Positions 43,237-52,000 of a stretch of DNA of 64,000 bases are shown here, in pieces. Source of the stretch: Candidatus Poseidoniales archaeon (GTDB lineage Archaea; Thermoplasmatota; Poseidoniia; Poseidoniales; Poseidoniaceae); the NCBI GenBank assembly GCA_009887195.1, contig QXXX01000087.1, positions 2,407 through 66,406 of the forward strand. The letters are read 5' to 3'. Every line of letters starts with the position of its first letter. Positions within the stretch are counted from its first letter, which is position 1. The position numbers and the translations under genes are program-made. The notes beneath the pieces were generated by a model that was not told the DNA's origin, searched no databases, and worked only from the letters and a program-made list of their open reading frames with translations.

Positions 43237-45804
43237 CTAGTCCCTCCTTTGTAGCAACCCTAGGGTTGTGATTAGTATGCTGACTGCCAAGAATAAAACT
43301 CCAAGATAAAAGCCACCTGTTTCAGATAATCCGCTAGCAGACTCGACGGTCGTGTCGACTTCGAAATCCGAAATAGTCATAGAGCCTGCAACTAATTGTT
43401 GACCATCAATTACCGGAATCACTGTGTAATTTGTTGAACCTGCAACAGTTGGACTATCACTAAATTTCAATTCATTAGTCTCATCAATTTGAAAATTGTT
43501 ACGCAGCACCAAAAACGTAGCCTGCTCACCATCCCATTGCCAATTTAAGTCGACTTCCCCGTCATCATTTTGCGCGGTAAGTGCAGATATAGTCGGCCCT
43601 TGTGTTGTTTGTATCGACCGTGTAGCAGTGGCAGTACTTCCTAAATCGTCTTCAACCGTAAGAGATATGCTAGTTGTGCCGGTGGTAATAATCGAAATAA
43701 TCTCTCCTTCACTTGACATTGAGTTACCGAAATTATCATCCCATTGCCAATAATAGTTTGAGATAATTCCGTCTAAATCATATGATTGTGTTGCATTAAT
43801 TACGACTAATTCTCCAGACCAAAGGTTGGTGGACTCTATGTTTATATTTGCTACTGGTTCGGCATTATCGACATTAATTTGCCATGCCTCGACTTGCGGC
43901 TGTGCCTCGCCATCATCGAAGGTTATCTGACATGTCCATGATTGTCCAGCACCAAAATACTGCGCAGCAACAAATGTTAAGTTGTCCAATGATCCTTCTC
44001 TAAAGCCGTTCCTTAGCCAGGAAATTTGGAAATTTATCTGATCATTATCTACATCGGTAAATTCTGGAAGGATGGTTAGGCCCAATGCTTGATTATCAAC
44101 AAAAGAGATATTCTCGGGCATCTCTTCAATCATCACTGATGGATTAGAATTTTTAATTAATATTGATGAATGTAATGGATCAATACTGAGGTCTGTACCA
44201 TCATTTCCGTAGACTAACACAGTCCAATTTTCGCCTTTGTTGGTAAGTGATGAGGGTATAGTATTTTGATTTGACAAGTCAGTTTGCTCGACACTGTCCT
44301 TATACCAAATAATTGTTGGAAGTGCCATTGCATCATCGTCAAAGTCGCTGTAAGCATATGTGAAACTTAGTGAATCATTGGTGTATGAATTAGTAGGAGC
44401 TAATTGGAGGTCACTGATGACCGGTGCTGAATTCATTATTGTAACATCAACTGAAGACCAAGCTGACCAATCAATTCCATCGCTAACCCTAACCGAAGCC
44501 GACCAAATCTGGTCTCTTTGGGTTGCTGAGGACTGGACTATTGTAGATGATTCAACAGTCAAAATATTGTCCATACGCCATTCTATTTCCGTAGCAATGA
44601 TTTGGTCGCCATCTAAATCTTGAGTATTATATGTCAAAAACAGATCATTCAATGTTGTTGGCAGAGAAGGGGAAATCGTTGGAGAGGTTACTTCTGGAGG
44701 ATTGTTAGGCTGTATTACTTGACCAATAGTTATGATTTGTGAAGACCTAGATTCAATATCTTCTCCATCAGATGCTGTGACTTCTACTCGCCATTCATCA
44801 CCTTCACGCGTGGCAATTGATGGCACAGTTGTATCATTGTTGAACTCTGTAACAAGTACTCCATCTAGATACCAGTGAATCTCAATAGTCACCATATCTT
44901 GATCATCATCCGATACGCTGTACGAGACTGCCAAGTCTTCAGATTCATCTGGCGAAGATGGGGTTATTTCTGGAGTGGCCAAAGAGGGTGGAGTATTTTC
45001 AATTGTTACAGTATTACTGGTTTGTAAGGCCCCGTAGTCAACCCCGTCACTAGGACGAACTGTGGCATACCAATCTTGTCCTTTTGTTGTTTGACTTGGC
45101 GGTATAGTCAAACCCGTGATTGTCCCTGAAGGTAATGCTTGAGAATCACGATACCAAGTTATTTCACTACCAGATTGGGGGTCATTGTCAGGATCGCTAT
45201 ATGTGTAACTAAGTGTCAGAGACTCTGCAGTTTTTGCATCAGTTGGAGATAGCATGACGTTTGACGCAGATGGAGGATTATTGACTGGTATATTTTCAGG
45301 GACTGGAACAACATCAGTAATCCAACGATCACCACTATTTTGACTATTACCGTTGGTGGTCATTCCCGCCACCTCAAAATTGACAGTACCCGCACCTGCT
45401 GCTGGTGAAGTCCACTCAAAACTCCAAGAACGGTAACTGCTGCCTGTAATACTATGAGTTGCACTATTGCCTTGGCTATTTACATTGACTAACATCAATC
45501 CAAATCCAGTGCTTAGAGTGCCCTTATCAACTTCTAATGAAAATCCGCCACTAGAACCGGAGACGCCCCCACTAACCGAAACTGTTACTTGATACAATTT
45601 GTTTACATCATAAGAGGTCGGTAAGCCGGAAATCGATACACTAGCAGGGCTAGTTCCAGATTGCGAATGACAATTACAACCCGATGCTTGGTTGTAAACT
45701 CCTCCCTCATAACCTTGGATTGCTGGGACCAGTAACAGTATTGACACCATCATAATGGCAACGATTACTTTACGCTGACCCATAAGGCGACTATTTCGTC
45801 GCAC
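43237..45804 (-). CDS. Surface protein: N-terminal Cys-x-Cys-His domain, five about 95-aa Ig-like tandem domains, PKD-like and FN3-like domains, C-terminal TM anchor
   Basis: Signal peptide (start GTG 45804 or ATG 45783). CNCH at 45667-45678. Repeats begin N(N/T/S)(P/A)P and contain W(Y/R)xDG...G(D/E)xW...V..SDG. C-terminal helix GGFYLGVLFLAVSILITTLGLL followed by QRRD. Confidence 0.7.
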   Translation of the reverse strand: MRRNSRLMGQRKVIVAIMMVSILLLVPAIQGYEGGVYNQASGCNCHSQSGTSPASVSISGLPTSYDVNKLYQVTVSVSGGVSGSSGGFSLEVDKGTLSTGFGLMLVNVNSQGNSATHSITGSSYRSWSFEWTSPAAGAGTVNFEVAGMTTNGNSQNSGDRWITDVVPVPENIPVNNPPSASNVMLSPTDAKTAESLTLSYTYSDPDNDPQSGSEITWYRDSQALPSGTITGLTIPPSQTTKGQDWYATVRPSDGVDYGALQTSNTVTIENTPPSLATPEITPSSPDESEDLAVSYSVSDDDQDMVTIEIHWYLDGVLVTEFNNDTTVPSIATREGDEWRVEVTASDGEDIESRSSQIITIGQVIQPNNPPEVTSPTISPSLPTTLNDLFLTYNTQDLDGDQIIATEIEWRMDNILTVESSTIVQSSATQRDQIWSASVRVSDGIDWSAWSSVDVTIMNSAPVISDLQLAPTNSYTNDSLSFTYAYSDFDDDAMALPTIIWYKDSVEQTDLSNQNTIPSSLTNKGENWTVLVYGNDGTDLSIDPLHSSILIKNSNPSVMIEEMPENISFVDNQALGLTILPEFTDVDNDQINFQISWLRNGFREGSLDNLTFVAAQYFGAGQSWTCQITFDDGEAQPQVEAWQINVDNAEPVANINIESTNLWSGELVVINATQSYDLDGIISNYYWQWDDNFGNSMSSEGEIISIITTGTTSISLTVEDDLGSTATATRSIQTTQGPTISALTAQNDDGEVDLNWQWDGEQATFLVLRNNFQIDETNELKFSDSPTVAGSTNYTVIPVIDGQQLVAGSMTISDFEVDTTVESASGLSETGGFYLGVLFLAVSILITTLGLLQRRD

Positions 45805-45843
45805 TATTGAACATTTACTGATGGATGCATAAACAAATAGCCA

Positions 45844-47979
45844 TTAAAAGTCGAGTAGAGACTTTTGGGCTTGTGTTTTTTGAGAGGATTTTGTCGAATC
45901 ATTTGATTCACTTGATGGTTCTGAACCATTGACCGCTTGATTCAACGAAGCTTCATCCCAAACGGCGATACCCAAATTAACAGCTTTAGTTAATTTAGTC
46001 CCTGCATTTTCACCGGCAATCAAAACATCAAGTTTGGTAGAAATTGAGCCAACAACCTTGCCGCCTGCGGCTTTTACCATTAATTGGATAACCTTACGTG
46101 GTTGAGTTAACGTACCAGTAATACAGAATGTCATACCCTCAAATTTACCATTGGACACAGAGACTGGTTCCTCGTCCAGTACTAAATGATCTGACAACTC
46201 AAGAATTAGAACTCGTCGAAGTTCCAAGCCATCTCGAACCTGTATGGCAACCTTTTCGCCAATTCCATCATGCTCACAAAGGCCTCGAATGGCAATATTT
46301 GATTTGTGTGGTTTGCCACTTTGATCAAGTTCTGGACCATAATTATCGTCACCCAATTCTGCATGGGCTCCACCTAACCAGTCAAACATTCCCTCAAGGT
46401 TCTTGACATGACTGGCAAATAGGGAGGCCAGTTCTGGCCCAATACCTGGAAGGCCAAGAGCATGAATGAATTTGCCTAGCGTCATTTGTTTAGTTCGAGT
46501 TAATTCAGACAACACATTCTGTGCAGACTTCTGCCCCATCCGTTCAAGACTAGTCAAATCTTGATTGGTTAATTTATAGAGTCCTGAAATAGAGGAGATC
46601 ATTTCTGCATCGAGTAACTGTTCAACTAACTTCTCACCAATACCATCCATCTCTAAGGCCCTGCACCAATAGAGTATTGACCGACTTGTTCGAGCCTCAC
46701 ATAACATATTGTAGCATTTTAGAAAAGCCCCTTCGACAACTAGACTATAGTCACATGAAGGACAAATTTTGGGGATGGTGATTTCACACTCATCGGGAAG
46801 TTCATGGGCAAATAGCGTGCCGTCAGCATGGTGACGGTCTGCTAGGTCTTCCTGTTTGGCTCTACCAAGACTATGTTCAATTTTAGGGATCACATCTCCA
46901 CGCCGAACAATTAGAATCTTATCACCGATTTTCACTCCCAACCTTGCAACTTCGCCGGGGTTGTGCAGAGTTGTGTTTTCTACGGTCACTCCACCAACGC
47001 TCTGTGGGGCAATTCTAGCCACTGGAGTCACATTACCGGTTCTGCCGGTTTGCCAATCTACACTAAGCAGTACAGAAGTTGCTTCTTCTGGTGGAAATTT
47101 CCATGCTAATGCCCAACGAGGATGATGGGCAGTCATGCCGAGGTTCTCGCGTTGCTGTAAATCATCGAGTTTGAAGACTATGCCGTCTATTTCAAACTCA
47201 AAATCACTCCGTTTGGCAGACCATTCTGTTGTATGTTCAATCATTCCAACTTGTGGCGAGTCTGATTCAAAAACGGTCCAAGGTGCAGGCTCTATCCCGG
47301 CTTTCTGCAACCAAGTTAACAATTCACTATCGTGCTTTGCAGTGGGCGCCTCATTGACGAATTTGACATCATAGGCGCAAAATACCAAATCTGCGGCCTC
47401 AGCCTTACCGTCGCCGTGTTTTTGGCGCAGCGCGCCTGAGCATAGATTGCGCGGGTTTGGCGAGACATGACGGTATTTTTCCTCGAATATCGCTAGCGGC
47501 ATAACTACTTCACCGCGCACGTGGCAATCCGCAGCAACGTTCAGTCGTAATGGAATATTAGCAACTAACTTGGCATTTAAGGTAACATCTTCGCCTTTTT
47601 CTCCACTACCTCTTGTTGCTGCACGGTGCAGGTTACCGGCAACATACTCTAACGACAGTGCAGAACCATCTAATTTAGGTTGAGCAAGGTATCGCTTGCC
47701 GCCAAATGTTGACTGGGTTACAAAATGGGTTATGTCATCATCTGTAGTGCCCTTATCTAGGGATCTCATTGGAAACATATGTTCTACTTTTTCTGTACCG
47801 GGCAGCGGTTCTGGGCCAACCTCATGCAAAACAGAATTGTCAGGATCTAATAATTTCAATTCATCCCATAGCTTATCAAAATCAGCGTCTGAAATCTCTG
47901 GAGCTGAATGGTTATAGTACAATTCTCGATGATAGCGAACTGCCGCAGAGAGTTCCTCGATTCTCTGTTTGTCGGCCAT
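45844..47979 (-). CDS. ligA: NAD-dependent DNA ligase
   Basis: Ia domain (ELSAAVRYHRELYY), adenylation Lys in AQPKLDGSA, OB fold (HHPRWALAWKFP), Cys4 zinc finger CPSCDYSLVVEGAFLKCYNMLC, HhH region, and BRCT (GMTFCITGTL). Confidence 0.92.
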   Translation of the reverse strand: MADKQRIEELSAAVRYHRELYYNHSAPEISDADFDKLWDELKLLDPDNSVLHEVGPEPLPGTEKVEHMFPMRSLDKGTTDDDITHFVTQSTFGGKRYLAQPKLDGSALSLEYVAGNLHRAATRGSGEKGEDVTLNAKLVANIPLRLNVAADCHVRGEVVMPLAIFEEKYRHVSPNPRNLCSGALRQKHGDGKAEAADLVFCAYDVKFVNEAPTAKHDSELLTWLQKAGIEPAPWTVFESDSPQVGMIEHTTEWSAKRSDFEFEIDGIVFKLDDLQQRENLGMTAHHPRWALAWKFPPEEATSVLLSVDWQTGRTGNVTPVARIAPQSVGGVTVENTTLHNPGEVARLGVKIGDKILIVRRGDVIPKIEHSLGRAKQEDLADRHHADGTLFAHELPDECEITIPKICPSCDYSLVVEGAFLKCYNMLCEARTSRSILYWCRALEMDGIGEKLVEQLLDAEMISSISGLYKLTNQDLTSLERMGQKSAQNVLSELTRTKQMTLGKFIHALGLPGIGPELASLFASHVKNLEGMFDWLGGAHAELGDDNYGPELDQSGKPHKSNIAIRGLCEHDGIGEKVAIQVRDGLELRRVLILELSDHLVLDEEPVSVSNGKFEGMTFCITGTLTQPRKVIQLMVKAAGGKVVGSISTKLDVLIAGENAGTKLTKAVNLGIAVWDEASLNQAVNGSEPSSESNDSTKSSQKTQAQKSLLDF

Positions 47980-48010
47980 GGTTATGCACCTAAGTCATAG
48001 GCTTTGAATA

Positions 48011-48439
48011 TCACGAAAATTGTAATCCAAGCAGTTGTACATCTGCCAATGGACAACGAGTCATTACTGCCTTTGACATTATCCTTAAGTGTATTTCAGC
48101 AACTACAGCAATAGTTGAGGAAAACATGTGCCCTGCATGTACTGTATTGCCGTCGTCTGACCAGCAACAGTGAATATGAGTGAAGGGTTTTCCGTCTTGT
48201 GTTCGAGCGATATTACCGGATAGACTGACTAATTCTGAAGGATTCTCAAGTTGCCTCTTGATGTATATCCCTTCGTTGTTCATGTACCCATAGCTATTGT
48301 CACGCGTCCGTCCAATACCACTGGTAATTGCTGCAGCATTGAAGCCAACCTCCTGTGCAAGCTTCTGTAAAGAGGCGTGAATTTCCTCTCCGGGATCAAT
48401 TCTTACCAGCAGGTCTTCATCGCTTCTAGTCCATTCCAT
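48011..48439 (-). CDS. PPC (DUF296) domain protein
   Basis: LVRIDPGEEIHASLQKLAQEVGFNAAAITSGIGRTRD...LVSLSGNIA...GKPFTHIHCCWSD matches the plants-and-prokaryotes-conserved PPC/DUF296 pattern. Confidence 0.65.
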   Translation of the reverse strand: MEWTRSDEDLLVRIDPGEEIHASLQKLAQEVGFNAAAITSGIGRTRDNSYGYMNNEGIYIKRQLENPSELVSLSGNIARTQDGKPFTHIHCCWSDDGNTVHAGHMFSSTIAVVAEIHLRIMSKAVMTRCPLADVQLLGLQFS

Positions 48440-48476
48440 GGTTTTCCCAATAGAATTCGCCTATTGGTCATAACGG

Positions 48477-49019
48477 TCATTCCTGTTCTAGACTTTTTTG
48501 GTAAACCGTCGCCATAAACTGCTTAGCCTGTTCCAAATCATGGTATTTTCCGCCAACTGGAAGTGGGCCAAAAACCCCCCATCCCTTGCGAAGTAGCATA
48601 ATCCGGCGCTTAGGTTGTCGCTTAGATAAACGTAATTTTTTCCATTCATATCTTTGACCATCGGCAAATAAATGAGTAGATGTAACTGCATAACGTTTTG
48701 GAATTAGCAGATAAATGATGTGCAAGGATAACAATATATCCCAAATTATGCCATAAATAATCGGGGTGTTTGATAATGAGATTAGAGCCCAAGGCAAACT
48801 CATCATCGCAGCCATGGAAAACAGGTTACCCCACTGACGAATTACTTCTTGGGGCCCTTCACTAGCCCAAGCAAAGCCGCCATTGGGCAAATCACCTAGT
48901 GTTGGTATGTCGCGTTTCTGCTTGGTTAACCAAAACGCGTCCCATAATACAATTGCAGCAAGTACCCCAATGACAAAAGTAGCGAATGTATCTGATGATG
49001 GAAAATCGATTATTGTCAT
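48477..49019 (-). CDS. Hypothetical membrane protein (3-4 TM)
   Basis: 180-aa ORF with N-terminal hydrophobic helices and a basic C-terminal half. Confidence 0.5.
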   Translation of the reverse strand: MTIIDFPSSDTFATFVIGVLAAIVLWDAFWLTKQKRDIPTLGDLPNGGFAWASEGPQEVIRQWGNLFSMAAMMSLPWALISLSNTPIIYGIIWDILLSLHIIYLLIPKRYAVTSTHLFADGQRYEWKKLRLSKRQPKRRIMLLRKGWGVFGPLPVGGKYHDLEQAKQFMATVYQKSLEQE

Positions 49020-49024
49020 CTAAA

Positions 49025-52000
49025 TCACTGATTCGTACCTTTCTTCATTCGGCCTAAGAACAGTACAACGGCTACTGCGCATAACACTAACAGGATCAAA
49101 GTCATTAGGTCAAAGGTACCATCCTTGCTAGATTCCCCCTCAAGAACATCCGGTACACCATCCCCATCATCATCTTGGTCTTCGAATAAATCAGTGGTTT
49201 CCCCATCCGGGCAATTGATGTTATCTGGGGACCCGTCGTTATCAGTATCTTGCCAAGCACATGGGTCTTTAGGCCACTTGTCACGGGTGTCAATAAACCC
49301 ATCATTATCATCATCATCATCGTAAACATCAGGGCCACAAGAGCGGCTGTTGGCAAGATCGAACCAATTGCTTTCATCACATGATGAAATTAAATCTTGG
49401 TCTGAATCAAGTAATTTCACATTCAAGGAGAATAATTGTTCGGACCAAGCCCCTAACGTATCTGTTACTTTGACTTGAAGTAGGTGATCTCCTGGGGAAG
49501 TTATAGCCATTAGATGAGTTGAATTATTGGAGGTGAAACTGTAAATCTGAGCCCCTCCATCATCAAATATTGTCCATGTGTAATTTAATTCCGTGGAGAG
49601 ATCTAAGTCATCTGTTGCAGAAATAATTGAGGAAAATTCAGTCTGTTGCATGATTATGCTGGTTGAATTAGGCGAGATTATGGTAAATTGTGGGGGATTA
49701 TTAGTTGACAATTCAAAACTTATTGTTGGGGATAGTTCCTCAAGGGTATTCACCTCTAGAGTTTGGATTGGATGCCCTATTGAGGCTGCTTCAACTATTA
49801 GTGAAACTAGTGATTTTTCACTGCCTGATGCGTCGGCGATAAATGTCAAAATATTGATTGATGGAGATTGGCCGCTTGCCAATGAAGTGATTTTGGAGCC
49901 ATCAGAATAGTGAGATACTACAGAATAATCTCCTGGTTTTACCGTATTATCAAATTGTGAAACAAAGGTAACTGTTTCAAACAATTCAACTATTGCCTCA
50001 TTCCAGAGTGAGATGTTTTGCTTAATGTCAAATACACTATCATACACTTGTAGACTTGTCGCACCGCTAAACTCTATCACTCCAAGTATTGATGTTTGCG
50101 ATATTGAAAGGGGATAATTTTCTACAGAGATAGCCGTTGAGCAATCGATAATTGAATCTTCAATAGACATTCTAGATACTGCGGCGACATCATCAGCATG
50201 CAGGTCAATTCCAACATTATAGCCGGTAATTTTGATATTTGACAACGCGATATTATTCGAAAACCTCCCATGATGGCTAATCAATCCAGTTCCAATTCCT
50301 TCCCCATGAAGAGTGATATCAGACAATGTGCCTGAGCTGTAATCAAAATCAATTGCTGGCGCACCGGTTAATTCGACGTTGTGGATATTCAGTGCCCGAT
50401 TATTTGAACCGGCTATTGCAGGAGATTGGCCAGCTTTGCCTGTGATGTTTTTCACTATGAATTCCTCATTGATATAATCTAATTTTAACAAACTTCCAAC
50501 GCCATCGAAGTCTGTACCAAGTAATCCGGTTAATTCACCAGTCACACCGGTTAACAACAAGCCGTTAGATGACCCACTACCAACCGTAATATTACTGATT
50601 GCAAGATTTGTTTGTTCCGCCCTAATAGCAGGCCCACCACATCGCTCTAATGTGACATCTACAAGCGTTAAAGTGGCCGCAGTTTGATCTGCCTCTATAC
50701 AACCGCTACCTGCATCACTAAGTTGAGAATTGGCTAGGCTAAAAGATGCATTCGAGGTTGATGAAAAACTAATCAGTGGGTCAGTTGAAAGTGAACGAGC
50801 AAACACAATGTCTTGGCCAATAAAGGCCCCGGATTTGAATATTGAGAGGGCAGGAGATGCTTCAAAAACATTTGTGCTGACTAAATCTATCATGGAAAAT
50901 TCTGAATCTCCAAGAATAAAGCCAGCCCAACGATCGCCTAAACCCGTAGATGATATTGTCGCTTGATTGCCTCTTAGTACTCCATCCACAGTTATGCTAA
51001 CGCCATCTGCCGCCCTTAACACAACACCACTAGAAATGGTTAATGAACGACCTAGCGGAACAATCAAGTTACTATCAAGGTAATATGGACTCCAGACTGA
51101 GTCGAGTATAACATTACCAGAATTAATCTGGTTTGCATCGATGTTTGATACAATAAACTGGTGAGCTTTTGGCTTACTGGTATCCCAAGAAATAATCTCG
51201 TTATAGCTGTTGTAAGACATTACGACCGTTTCAACTGAACCAGAATAGTCCTGTTGGTTGTCAACTAGGCGGGCAATTGCTTGAATTGTCACTTCTCCAG
51301 ATTGATCAGTTGAATAGGATACACCTTGGTAATCAATCAAAGCATTGGCCAATGGGTTGCCCCGATCGATAACCGATATCTGAAGAGATGAGGTGATATT
51401 TAGTGAGGAAGAGGCTGGAATTATCGCTTGACCGTTAATCTCACCGTTATTGATTAGTAAGTGGCAATTTGGGGACAATGATAAATCAAGTTTGAGGATA
51501 ATGCGATCTATCTCCAAATCTCCATCACAAGACCAAGACACATTAGCATTGATAGTTGTTGGGAATTGGCTGTCTAATGCAGAAATATAGCCGGCGTCAC
51601 TAATGCCAATGGTATCAGCAGTAATTATTGCATTTGTTCCCATTATACTGGCATTGTCACTTATTGAGATTGTTGAACCGGTTTGCAAAATAAGCTCAGT
51701 ATTATCAATTATAAGTACCGCGTTATCTTCTAAAATCAAGTTACCAGTAAGTTCTTGCAGCCCGGCATTAGATTGTATGGTAATTGAGTTGTTTGAAGAA
51801 ATGACCCAATCTCCTGATGGAATTACTGGAACTTGAATCGATTGACCCTCTATGCCTCCATTCAATAATTTACTAACCCCGGTTCCATAAATGCTAGCAG
51901 TTACTACGGAGCCGTCAGAGAATAAAGGAACTGAAACCTCGCCGTTTTCATCACTCGCCAATTCAAATGTATTTACGGTAACTTCCGCTTGAATCGGATT

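Noticed and set aside
43112-45678. The Cys-Cys-His motifs (CNCH, CGGACH) could be read as c-type haem attachment sites
   Set aside because: Neither is the canonical CxxCH, and the spacing differs between the two homologous domains (1 versus 3 residues). No cytochrome c maturation genes are visible in the window. I kept the conserved domain as a finding but make no haem claim.
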